Source: PVC group bacterium
GTDB taxonomy: Bacteria > Omnitrophota > Gorgyraeia > B26-G9
Direction of reading: 5' to 3'
Assembly: GCA_024231215.1 (NCBI GenBank)
Contig: JAAEQR010000072.1
Location: 385,210 to 449,209, forward strand
Length of the DNA stretch: 64,000 bases
Both the position numbers and the translations under genes were made by a program. The notes beneath the pieces are model-generated. The model worked only from the letters and a program-made list of their open reading frames with translations. It was not told the origin of the DNA and ran no database searches. Below, piece by piece: positions 19,212 to 28,597 of this stretch. The first letter of the stretch is position 1. Every line of letters begins with the position of its first letter.

Positions 19212-20564
19212 ATGAAAAACAAACTGATTTTTGTATTCGGAATATTTAGTCTTGTTTTTCTGGTTATTATTGTTAGCACGAATATTGTTTTTCATTTTCG
19301 GCATACTTTAAAACTGGAAAAAGAAAAGGCATGGGCGTTGGTAAAGACGCTATCTAAATCCCTTGACCTTCCCATGGTTGCCGGAGAAATGGATGTGGTG
19401 GCGGACACACTTGTTACCGTGGGAGAACTTGAAGACTTAAAACGTATTCATATTACGGATACAAGAGGTATTATTCGATATAGTTCAAACCCAAAACAGG
19501 TGGATAGTCTGACCCATTCTGAGGTTATAGAACGGGCTCTAGCAGAGAAAAAAGAAATTGCTGACTTTGAGCATCGGGGTGGTGATTACTTGTTTAGTCT
19601 TGCTTTACCAATATTAAATGAGCAGCGCTGCTATCCTTGTCATCCCCAGAAAGATGAAATTCTGGGAGTTTTAAGAGTCGGGATAGACTGGAAACCTGTC
19701 CAGAAAACATTGATGGGAAATATTCGCCAGGATATTATTATTGCCGTAATATTTTATATTATAGCTATTTTCATCTCCGTTCTTTTTCAGCGTTTTTATA
19801 ACGCAACACAGGTAGCATATGAAAATTTAGAAAAAGCGCAGGAGCAGCTTATAAAAACAGAGAAGATGGCGGCTATCGGACAGATGGCGGCTGCAATCAG
19901 CCATGATTTACGCAATCCGCTTACCGGTATAAAAATGGCGACATATTATTTAGGAAGTAAGATTGATAAAGACAATGTAGAAATAGGTAATATTCTAAAA
20001 GATATTGATCTGGAAATTGATTACGCGAGCAATGTAGTAACTAATATTCTTACCTACTCTAAGCCAACAGAATTAATTTATGTATATGCTGATATAAATA
20101 AAGTAATAAAAGAAACAATTCCTTTTTTACATTTGCAAAGCCGAGACTTAAATATAGAATTAATCACAAATTACGGGAAAGATATTCCGGAAGCTCTAAT
20201 AGATGTGCGGCAGATAAAACAGGCAATTGTGAATTTATTGACGAATTCTATTCAGGCAATGCCAGAGGGAGGGCGATTAACCGTAAGTACAAAATTGGTT
20301 GGAAAATCCGTAGAATTAACAGTGCTTGATACAGGAACCGGTATTTCTTTGGATGATGAAACTAAAATTTTCAATCCATTTTTCACTACGAAAGCAAGAG
20401 GCGTAGGACTGGGTCTTTCTATTGTTTTCAGTATTGTAAATAGGCACGGTGGAAGCGTGGAATTATCAAGTGAGGTGAATAAAGGCACTATATTTATTAT
20501 CCAACTTCCGATTCAGAAACAGTCTCAGGGAGGGGCAATCCCCTTACAGGAAGAGATCGTATGA
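19212..20564 (+). CDS. Membrane sensor histidine kinase with periplasmic CxxCH (c-type heme) motif
   Basis: Two TM segments flanking a domain containing CYPCH; H-box SHDLRNP, N-box, DTGTG, FFTTK, GVGLGL. Confidence 0.9.
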   Translation: MKNKLIFVFGIFSLVFLVIIVSTNIVFHFRHTLKLEKEKAWALVKTLSKSLDLPMVAGEMDVVADTLVTVGELEDLKRIHITDTRGIIRYSSNPKQVDSLTHSEVIERALAEKKEIADFEHRGGDYLFSLALPILNEQRCYPCHPQKDEILGVLRVGIDWKPVQKTLMGNIRQDIIIAVIFYIIAIFISVLFQRFYNATQVAYENLEKAQEQLIKTEKMAAIGQMAAAISHDLRNPLTGIKMATYYLGSKIDKDNVEIGNILKDIDLEIDYASNVVTNILTYSKPTELIYVYADINKVIKETIPFLHLQSRDLNIELITNYGKDIPEALIDVRQIKQAIVNLLTNSIQAMPEGGRLTVSTKLVGKSVELTVLDTGTGISLDDETKIFNPFFTTKARGVGLGLSIVFSIVNRHGGSVELSSEVNKGTIFIIQLPIQKQSQGGAIPLQEEIV

Positions 20565-21445
20565 AACATAAAGAGATGATTAAATGCATAAAAGAAGCAA
20601 GAAATTTACCGGAATTGCTGGGGCACTTAGTTGGTTGTTTTACCGATAGCGATGAGGATAAATGTGAGCAGTTAAAAAAGGCGATTAATTGTAAAATAGA
20701 TGAGTTTAAAAAAACAGATGATTCTTTTCGGGAGGCTTCCCGTCGTTCAATGCATTCAGAGAGGCTGGCGGCAATGGGGCAGATGGCGGCTGCAATCAGT
20801 CATGACTTGCGTAATCCTTTAAGTGGTATTAAGGTAGCGGCTGAGTATCTGATGCGGAAACTGAAAGATGAATCTGAAACCATGGATATTATTAATAATA
20901 TCCATAATGAAGTTATTTTTGCAAATAGTATTATTTCCAATATTCTAGAACACGCTAGGATTAGCGAGCCGAGTTTTCAGAAGATATCGATAAAGAAGTC
21001 GATTGATGAGGCTGTTTTAACTGTGGCTCAACAGGGATGTTTTAATAAAATTAAAATAAAAAAAAGAATTGATGCTAATTTGCCGTTATTGAATCTTGAT
21101 TCACTACAGATGCGTCAGGTTTTCATGAATCTATTTAATAATTCCGCGGAGGCTATGGTCGGGGGCGGGGAATTGAAAATTGATGTATTGCGCAAGGAAG
21201 ATAGTGTTGTTATTAGTATAAGCGATAGCGGAGGCGGTATAGAAAAAGACAATTTTGATAAATTGTTTGAGCCGTTTTTTACGACAAAAGTAAAAGGCAT
21301 AGGATTAGGATTGGCGATTACTAAAGAGATTGTTGAAAAACATAAAGGGCAAATATCTGCGGGAAGTAAAACCGGCAAAGGTGCTACTTTTACCATAAGT
21401 TTACCAATACCTCCAAAGAATGAGAAAAAGAAAACGGATAATTAA
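20561..21445 (+). CDS. Cytoplasmic histidine kinase with short N-terminal region
   Basis: SHDLRNP, NLFNNS, DSGGG, FFTTK, GIGLGL; no TM. Confidence 0.9.
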   Translation: MKHKEMIKCIKEARNLPELLGHLVGCFTDSDEDKCEQLKKAINCKIDEFKKTDDSFREASRRSMHSERLAAMGQMAAAISHDLRNPLSGIKVAAEYLMRKLKDESETMDIINNIHNEVIFANSIISNILEHARISEPSFQKISIKKSIDEAVLTVAQQGCFNKIKIKKRIDANLPLLNLDSLQMRQVFMNLFNNSAEAMVGGGELKIDVLRKEDSVVISISDSGGGIEKDNFDKLFEPFFTTKVKGIGLGLAITKEIVEKHKGQISAGSKTGKGATFTISLPIPPKNEKKKTDN

Positions 21446-21447
21446 AA

Positions 21448-21825
21448 ATGGATAAAAAGATGCATATATTGATTGTTGACGACGAGCAGATTGTGAGAGA
21501 GACGATAGAGCGGGTATTGAGGAATGAAGGTTTTAGTGTTCAGGTTGCCGAGTGCGGCAATACAGCGGTTGAATTGGCAAAGACAGTTGAAGTGGATGTT
21601 GCTCTGTTGGATATTAAAATGCCGGGAATTGATGGAATTGAGACTCTGGTAAGGCTTAAAGCATTAAAACCGAAAATGTCTGCAATAATGATGACTGGTT
21701 ATGAATTGCCGGAACGGCTGGAAAAAGCTTTTGCTATAGGTGCATGTGCGTGTTTACATAAACCTTTTGATATCCAAAAATTATTGGATATTGTTGAAGG
21801 GCTAAAGAATAAAGATGAAGAATAA
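21448..21825 (+). CDS. Single-domain response regulator
   Basis: VDDE, LLDIKMPG, MTG, KPF. Confidence 0.92.
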   Translation: MDKKMHILIVDDEQIVRETIERVLRNEGFSVQVAECGNTAVELAKTVEVDVALLDIKMPGIDGIETLVRLKALKPKMSAIMMTGYELPERLEKAFAIGACACLHKPFDIQKLLDIVEGLKNKDEE

Positions 21826-23254
21826 TAATAGTTTATATAAAATTTTGCTAGTGGATGACGAAAAAGTTATCCGGGAAACCTTGTGTTCGATTTTAAAGGA
21901 AGACGGTTATGGGGTTTCTACGGCCAGGTGGGGGAAAGATGCAGTTAAGCTGGCCAGAGAGGCTAAATTTGATTTAGCAATCCTTGATCTGAAGCTTCCG
22001 GATATGAGCGGGTTAGATGTTTTACGCAGACTTAAAGAATATCATCCGGATATTTGTGCGGTTTTAATAACTGCTTATCCAACCACAGAATCGGCAATAA
22101 TGGCAATCCAGGAAGAAGCATATGAATATATTACAAAGCCGTTTGATATTAGCCATGTGAAATTGGTTATTCGAAGAGGTATCGAAGAAAAACAACTGGC
22201 ATTGGAGAATAAAAAGCTGCTAAGTAATATTAAAAATGAGAAAGATAAACTTGAGACAATGTTACATATCGGACATATGATGAGCTCGATATTGAACCTG
22301 GAAAAACTAGCGGAATTTATTGTGCAGAAGATATCAGATGTTTTAAAGTCAAGGGTTTGTTCTTTGATGTTGCTTGATACAGAAGAAGAAATGCTTGTGA
22401 TTAAAGCGGCCAGAGGGCTTGATGATGTAGTAGTTAAGACTACACGGATAAAATTGGGAGAATCGATAAGCGGATGGGTGGCGCAAAAAGGAGAGCCGGT
22501 ACTTGTTCGTAATATAGAAGATGATTTACAGTTTGGCCGGGCTAATCTGCCTCAATATGAAACGAAATCACTTTTATCTCTGCCGCTTAAGGTTAAAGGT
22601 ATTGTGTTAGGAGTAATAAACGTTGCGGATAAAAAACATTCAGAGCAAGGGAATGTTTTTACGGAAGATGATCTTCAGTTTTTAGCGATGATTTGTAATT
22701 ATGCGGCAATTTCGATTGAGAATGCCAAGCTTTATGGAGAGGTGAAAAATCTGGCTATAACCGATGGCTTGACCAATTTATTTAATCATCGTTATTTTCA
22801 GACACAGCTAGGTGCGGAAGTTGCGCGTGTACAGCGTTATCCACGTCCGTTATCTTTGCTTATGTTTGATATCGATTCATTTAAACAATTTAATGATACT
22901 TATGGACATCCTATGGGGGATACGGTGCTTAGCCAGATTGGTAAGATGATTAGGAAAACAGTTCGTAAAGTTGATATTACCTGTCGTTATGGAGGAGAGG
23001 AATTTGCGGTAATTCTACCGGAAACACATTTAAAAAAAGCAGCGGTTGTTGCCGAAAAAATCCGTCAAAATATAGAAGCTTTGCAGTTTGAAACCGGTAA
23101 GGGTAAAAATAAAAAAATGACGGTGAGCGGCGGGGTAGCTGAATTTAATAAGGGAATAACCAAAGAACAGCTGGTAACATTTGCCGATGGCGCGTTATAT
23201 AAAGCAAAAACCACGGGTAAAAATAAGATCTGTACTCATCTGCCTAGTAAATAA
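21815..23254 (+). CDS. REC-GAF-GGDEF diguanylate cyclase
   Basis: REC (VDDE, LDLKLP, KPF), GAF, TDGLT, DIDSFK, RKVD I-site, RYGGEEF active site. Confidence 0.93.
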   Translation: MKNNNSLYKILLVDDEKVIRETLCSILKEDGYGVSTARWGKDAVKLAREAKFDLAILDLKLPDMSGLDVLRRLKEYHPDICAVLITAYPTTESAIMAIQEEAYEYITKPFDISHVKLVIRRGIEEKQLALENKKLLSNIKNEKDKLETMLHIGHMMSSILNLEKLAEFIVQKISDVLKSRVCSLMLLDTEEEMLVIKAARGLDDVVVKTTRIKLGESISGWVAQKGEPVLVRNIEDDLQFGRANLPQYETKSLLSLPLKVKGIVLGVINVADKKHSEQGNVFTEDDLQFLAMICNYAAISIENAKLYGEVKNLAITDGLTNLFNHRYFQTQLGAEVARVQRYPRPLSLLMFDIDSFKQFNDTYGHPMGDTVLSQIGKMIRKTVRKVDITCRYGGEEFAVILPETHLKKAAVVAEKIRQNIEALQFETGKGKNKKMTVSGGVAEFNKGITKEQLVTFADGALYKAKTTGKNKICTHLPSK

Positions 23255-23382
23255 GTATCCAAATCATGGGGAAGGAATTTTTCTCTGCCTACCTTTATAT
23301 CAATATACTATTTTTCAAATATCGATAAAAGTGGTATACTAAAAGCTACAAATTCTGGGTTTAAAAAAGGATTTAAAATACA

Positions 23383-24063
23383 ATGATTGAACAGCGGTTA
23401 GAAGATTTAAAACACAGGGTTGAGATTGCAGCCCATAGGGCCAGCCGATCCTTAGAAGATATATCCATTGTATGTGTGACCAAGCAGGCTCGCTTAGAAG
23501 ATGTGGTTGAGGTTGTCCGGGCCGGGTTTTTTTGTATTGGTGAGAATCGTATCCAGGTGGCAGAGGAGAAATTTGAGTATTTAAAGAAGACGCTGTCTGA
23601 AACTGAATTCTCACAATTGCGATGGCATCTGATTGGGCATTTACAGTCCAACAAAGTGGCTAAGGCAGTAAAGATGTTTGATATGATTCAGTCTGTAGAT
23701 AGCTTAAAACTAGCACAGCTGATCAATTCTCAGGCCCAAAAGGCAGGTAAGCCGATTGATATTTTGGTTCAGCCGAATATCTCAGAGGAAGAGTCTAAAC
23801 ACGGGGCAAGTTTTGAGAAATCAGGAGAATTGATAAAACAGATAAATGATTTAAAGTTTTTAAATCTTAAGGGGCTTATGGGTATTGGGCCGTTTACGGA
23901 TGATCAGCAGTTGATACGATCATGCTTTCGCAAGTTGGCAGGGTTTTATAAGTCTCAGCCTGTAATGCCAATATTATCTATGGGGATGAGTGATGATTTT
24001 GAGATTGCGATAGAAGAAGGCTCAAATATGATCAGGGTTGGCAGAACAATTTTTGGAGGATAG
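23383..24063 (+). CDS. yggS: PLP homeostasis protein YggS/PLPBP
   Basis: CVTK, GENR, HLIGHLQSNK, SMGMSDD, IRVGRTIFG. Confidence 0.95.
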   Translation: MIEQRLEDLKHRVEIAAHRASRSLEDISIVCVTKQARLEDVVEVVRAGFFCIGENRIQVAEEKFEYLKKTLSETEFSQLRWHLIGHLQSNKVAKAVKMFDMIQSVDSLKLAQLINSQAQKAGKPIDILVQPNISEEESKHGASFEKSGELIKQINDLKFLNLKGLMGIGPFTDDQQLIRSCFRKLAGFYKSQPVMPILSMGMSDDFEIAIEEGSNMIRVGRTIFGG

Positions 24064-24071
24064 AAAAGACG

Positions 24072-24863
24072 ATGAAAGTAGGTATAATCGGCGCAGGTAA
24101 TATGGGAGAAGCAATTATCCGAGGGCTTGAGCAAAAGAAGGGAGCTTCTGTTTTTGTCTATGAAAAGGACAGCCGGCGGCTAGCTAAAATTTGCCGTAGT
24201 TATCATGTGAAAAAGATTACACTTGAACAATTGAAAAAAACGTGTAATATAATTATCATTTGTGTGAAGCCTCAGAATATAGACGAAGTGCTGACTGTTT
24301 TAAGTCTAGCTTTGAACAGCCGACAGCTAGTTATTTCTATTGCGGCTGGAGTTACAATAAAGCATATTCAGAAGTTTTTTAAAGAGAAGGTTCCGGTCGT
24401 AAGAGTAATGCCGAATATGCCGGGTTTGATTGGAGTTGGTATTTCTGCGTATTGTCTTGGCAAACATGCCAAGCAAAAGCACGCAAAGATAACTGATAGT
24501 ATATTCTTAACTATGGGGGAGACTTTGCGGACTACAGAAAGTAAGATGAATGCGGTGACTGCGGTTAGCGGTAGCGGTCCGGGATTTATTGCATATTTAG
24601 CAGATAGTTTAATAAGTGCAGCTCGTTCTGTGGGTTTAACGGAAAAAGAGGCTTATTTTCTGAGCTTATATACCTTGCAGGGTACTGCGTCTTTGATGGT
24701 TGAGACGCAGATATTACCTGAGGTTCTGGTTAAGCGTGTGGCATCTAAAGGTGGGACTACAGAGGCTGGGCTTAAGGTATTTAATAAAGAGAAAACTAAA
24801 ACGATTGTAAAAAAGGCTATTCAAGCTGCGGTAAAAAGAGCAAAGGAGTTATCAAAGGAATAA
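24072..24863 (+). CDS. proC: Pyrroline-5-carboxylate reductase
   Basis: GAGNMG, VKPQ, SIAAG, RVMPN, SGSGPG, SKGGTT. Confidence 0.96.
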   Translation: MKVGIIGAGNMGEAIIRGLEQKKGASVFVYEKDSRRLAKICRSYHVKKITLEQLKKTCNIIIICVKPQNIDEVLTVLSLALNSRQLVISIAAGVTIKHIQKFFKEKVPVVRVMPNMPGLIGVGISAYCLGKHAKQKHAKITDSIFLTMGETLRTTESKMNAVTAVSGSGPGFIAYLADSLISAARSVGLTEKEAYFLSLYTLQGTASLMVETQILPEVLVKRVASKGGTTEAGLKVFNKEKTKTIVKKAIQAAVKRAKELSKE

Positions 24864-24865
24864 TT

Positions 24866-27694
24866 ATGGATACACAAATTGATTACAAAAAGACGATAAA
24901 TTTACCCAAAACCGATTTCCCAATGAAAGCGAATCTTTCAAATAAAGAACCGCTGATTTTAGAAAATTGGAAAAATCAGCAGCTTTATAAGAAAATGCTT
25001 GAGCAGGCAGGGTCTAAGCCTAAATATGTTTTGCATGACGGGCCGCCGTATGCAAATGGAAATATCCATATTGGGCATGCTTTAAATAAGATATTAAAAG
25101 ACATTATTGTCAAGTATAAATCAATGCGCGGTTTTTTTACGGCTTATGTGCCGGGATGGGATTGTCATGGCTTGCCTGTAGAGCTTCAGTTATTTAAAAA
25201 ATTGAAAAAACGAAAAGATCAAGTTGATCAAGTTGAATTTAGAAAACAGGCGCATGATTTTGCGATGCGGTTTGTTGATATCCAGAGAGAAGAATTTAAA
25301 CGTTTAGGTGTTTTTGGGGATTGGGAAAATCCTTATTTGACCTTAGCTCATAGTTATGAAGCGGCAATTATCCGTTCCTTTGGCGCTTTAGTTGGTAAAG
25401 GATATATTTATAAAGGATGTAAGCCTGTAAATTGGTGCTCTAACTGTGAGACTGCTTTGGCTGAGGCTGAAGTTGAATATGAAAATCATACTTCTCCGTC
25501 GGTTTTTGTTAAGTTCGCAATTCCGGATATTAGTAATGTTCCGGATACAGAAGGAGCTGGTACAGATAAATTTCATCTTGTTATCTGGACGACAACTCCT
25601 TGGACATTACTGGGTAATGTGGCGTGTGCAGTGCATCCTGAGTTTACGTATGTATATGCAAAAGTAGGGGATGAAGTCCTGGTCTTGGAAAAAAATCTGG
25701 TTCAGTCTGTTTTGGAAAAGGCGGGAATAACAGATTATAAGATTGTGGGAGAAAGCAAAGGATTGAACTTAGAAGACCTTGAATATAATCAGCCTTTTGG
25801 AAGAAGAGGTAAGGTAGTGCTTGCGGATTATGTTTCTTGTGAAGATGGTTCTGGAATTGTGCATACAGCTCCCGGATACGGAACAGAAGACTTTATGACC
25901 GGTAAAAGATATGGCCTGGATGTAGTCATGCAGGTTGATGATAAAGGGCGTTTCTTTAGTAATATTCCTCAATTTGGGGGTTTACATGTACATAAAGCTA
26001 ATCCTTTGATCGTTGAGACTTTAAAAGAGAAGGGGGAACTTCTTGCCGGCCTAGATATTCAACATTCTTATCCGCATTGTTGGCGCTGTAAAAAACCGAT
26101 TATTTTTAGAGCTACAGATCAGTGGTTTATGAGCATTGATCATAAGGCGTTAAGGAATAAGATTCTGGGAGAAATACCCCATCTTCGATGGGTTCCGGGA
26201 TTTGGAGAAAATAGAATTACAAGTATGGTTGAAAGCAGGCCGGACTGGTGTCTTTCCCGACAAAGATTGTGGGGAGTTCCGATTCCGGTATTTTACTGTG
26301 TTAAATGTAATACTTCGGTTTTAGATAAAAATGTGATTGAGCACTTTGCTGAAATCGTTGAATCAGTTGGTACTGATAGTTGGTTTAGCAAAGAAGCAAA
26401 GGAGCTTTTACCGGATGGTTTCGTTTGCTCGGGGTGTCAGTCAACTGAATTTAAAAAAGAGACAGATATTTTGGATGTATGGTTTGATTCAGGGGTGAGT
26501 CATCAGGCGGTGGTTAAACAAAATCCGAATTTGCAATATCCGGCAGATCTTTATTTAGAAGGTTCTGATCAGCATCGCGGTTGGTTCCAGGCGTCTTTAA
26601 TTCCGGGGATGGCAATTGACGGTTGTGCTCCGTTTAAAGGTGTGCTTACCCATGGGTTTGCGGTTGACGGAGAGGGCAAGAAGATGTCTAAATCCCGCGG
26701 TAATGTTATTGCTCCGCAAACGGTCATTAATAAATTAGGCGCAGATGTATTAAGACTTTGGGTTGCTTCTTCAGATTATACCGGTGATGTGAGGATCTCA
26801 GATGAGATCTTAGCCCGGGGTAGTGAGAGCTATCGCAAGATCAGAAATACTCTGAAGTTTATACTTGGTAATTTGTTTGATTTTGATCCGAATAAAGATG
26901 TTGTAGCTTATGAAGATTTACAGGAAATTGACCGCTGGGCCTTATCTGCTTTACATAAACTATTAAAGCAAGTGACAGATGCTTATGAGAAATTTGCTTT
27001 TTATCAGGTAAATAAGCTGATCTATAACTTTTGTATTGTGGAGATGAGTTCTTTCTACCTGGATGTTTTAAAAGACAGGCTTTATACTTCTGCTGCAGGC
27101 GCTACTGTGCGTAGGTCCAGCCAGACAGTTTTATATGAGATTTTGCTATCAATTATTAAGGTTATAGCTCCGGTGCTATCGTTTACCGCAGAAGAAGCAT
27201 ATGGTTTTGTGCCGGCTAAGACAGAGGATAGTGTGTTTTTGACAGAGTGGCCGGAATGTAAAGAAGAGCATATAAAAGAAGATTTAAATTGCACCTGGAA
27301 GGTATTACTTGATGTGCGTAATTGTGTCTTAAAGGTGTTAGAAGAAGCCCGTAGTAGTAAGCTGATCGGCAACAGTCTTGAAGCTAAAGTGGTCATTTTT
27401 TACTCTAAAGATGATGCGAGAATGCGTGAGATGTTAGAGGGATATTTAGGACAGCTTCCCGGTATTTTTATCGTCTCGCAGGTGGAGTTGAATTCTGATA
27501 TTGACAGCGCTGATTTGCCAGTATATAATGTAGACCTCTTGCAGCAAAATGCAGAGATTGTTCAAGGACAGATGAAAATAAAGATAGAAAGCGCGCAAGG
27601 CACAAAATGTATACGTTGTTGGAACTATGCGCAAAGTGTAGGTTCAAATGAACAGCATCCGAGTTTATGTGCCCGATGTGTTGAGAATATTTAG
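24866..27694 (+). CDS. ileS: Isoleucine-tRNA ligase (type 1)
   Basis: HDGPPYANG, HIGH, WTTTPWT, KMSKS, C-terminal zinc motif CIRCW...CARC. Confidence 0.98.
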   Translation: MDTQIDYKKTINLPKTDFPMKANLSNKEPLILENWKNQQLYKKMLEQAGSKPKYVLHDGPPYANGNIHIGHALNKILKDIIVKYKSMRGFFTAYVPGWDCHGLPVELQLFKKLKKRKDQVDQVEFRKQAHDFAMRFVDIQREEFKRLGVFGDWENPYLTLAHSYEAAIIRSFGALVGKGYIYKGCKPVNWCSNCETALAEAEVEYENHTSPSVFVKFAIPDISNVPDTEGAGTDKFHLVIWTTTPWTLLGNVACAVHPEFTYVYAKVGDEVLVLEKNLVQSVLEKAGITDYKIVGESKGLNLEDLEYNQPFGRRGKVVLADYVSCEDGSGIVHTAPGYGTEDFMTGKRYGLDVVMQVDDKGRFFSNIPQFGGLHVHKANPLIVETLKEKGELLAGLDIQHSYPHCWRCKKPIIFRATDQWFMSIDHKALRNKILGEIPHLRWVPGFGENRITSMVESRPDWCLSRQRLWGVPIPVFYCVKCNTSVLDKNVIEHFAEIVESVGTDSWFSKEAKELLPDGFVCSGCQSTEFKKETDILDVWFDSGVSHQAVVKQNPNLQYPADLYLEGSDQHRGWFQASLIPGMAIDGCAPFKGVLTHGFAVDGEGKKMSKSRGNVIAPQTVINKLGADVLRLWVASSDYTGDVRISDEILARGSESYRKIRNTLKFILGNLFDFDPNKDVVAYEDLQEIDRWALSALHKLLKQVTDAYEKFAFYQVNKLIYNFCIVEMSSFYLDVLKDRLYTSAAGATVRRSSQTVLYEILLSIIKVIAPVLSFTAEEAYGFVPAKTEDSVFLTEWPECKEEHIKEDLNCTWKVLLDVRNCVLKVLEEARSSKLIGNSLEAKVVIFYSKDDARMREMLEGYLGQLPGIFIVSQVELNSDIDSADLPVYNVDLLQQNAEIVQGQMKIKIESAQGTKCIRCWNYAQSVGSNEQHPSLCARCVENI

Positions 27695-27718
27695 ATCTAG
27701 GAAAGGAGCTAGAGTAGC

Positions 27719-28099
27719 GTGAATAAAAAAGAATCTCAGGAATTTAAAAAGAAACTTATTAGTTTAAGAGAGAGAATTAGCGAAGAGATCAAACATTTAG
27801 GAGAGAACGGTGGTATAAATAAATCACAAAGAGATGCAAGTGGTGATTTATCTGCATATACTTTTCATATGGCTGATGTGGCCAGCGATAGTTATGAACG
27901 GGAGTTTTCCTGGGATAGACTTAGCGGCGAACAGCAAGAAATCGTTCAGATAGATGATGCCTTAAAAAGAATCGAAGAAGGTACCTACGGAAAATGTGAG
28001 GGGTGCGGAGGCAAAATCAAAAAAGAACGTTTAAAAGCTTTGCCACATTGCAAGATGTGCCTTAAATGCAAAAAAGAGCAAGAAGAAAAAAAAGGTTAA
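27719..28099 (+). CDS. TraR/DksA-family C4 zinc-finger protein
   Basis: Coiled coil with HMADVAS tip, GTYGKCEGC...ERLKALP...CLKC. Confidence 0.9.
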   Translation: MNKKESQEFKKKLISLRERISEEIKHLGENGGINKSQRDASGDLSAYTFHMADVASDSYEREFSWDRLSGEQQEIVQIDDALKRIEEGTYGKCEGCGGKIKKERLKALPHCKMCLKCKKEQEEKKG

Positions 28100-28116
28100 G
28101 TATAGGCGGACATACT

Positions 28117-28581
28117 GTGATACTTAAACTAGTAATATCCGTTTTTCTTGTTTTTCTCGATCAGCTTTCTAAGATTGTTGTAATGAAAAAGCTGTATCAA
28201 AATGAGAGCATACCTGTCTTAAGCGATATCTTTCATATAACGCTTGTCTATAATAGCGGTTCAGCTTTTGGTTTGTTTCGTGACCAGAACTGGATACTGC
28301 CCTACATTTCTGTTTTTGCGATTATTGCTATTCTATTACTGCTGATACGGCGTCCGCAGTTTGAATCAAAAAAATATCTTCATATATGGCAGATAGCTTT
28401 GCTTCTTATTTTAAGCGGAGCTACAGGTAATTTAATCGACCGGATAAAGCTCGGGTATGTGGTAGATTTTCTTGATTTTCGGATTTGGCCGGTTTTTAAT
28501 ATTGCGGATACACTGATATCTTGCGGAGTAATATTGCTTCTTTTTGTTTTTTTTAAAAAAGACGCAATTATTCAAAATTGA
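28117..28581 (+). CDS. lspA: Lipoprotein signal peptidase
   Basis: DQLSK, NSGSAFG, GNLIDR, VVDF, VFNIAD; start moved to in-frame GTG 28117. Confidence 0.94.
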   Translation: MILKLVISVFLVFLDQLSKIVVMKKLYQNESIPVLSDIFHITLVYNSGSAFGLFRDQNWILPYISVFAIIAILLLLIRRPQFESKKYLHIWQIALLLILSGATGNLIDRIKLGYVVDFLDFRIWPVFNIADTLISCGVILLLFVFFKKDAIIQN

Positions 28582-28597
28582 TTAGAGGGATTTAAAG

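Noticed and set aside
23268-23292. Possible third REP-like copy on the minus strand (GTAGGCAGAGAAAAATTCCTTCCCC) after the diguanylate cyclase
   Set aside because: Poor stem pairing and no CTTGC loop; at best a weak terminator or decayed copy
24840-24866. T-box leader for ileS
   Set aside because: Only 2 bp separate proC and ileS; no room for one
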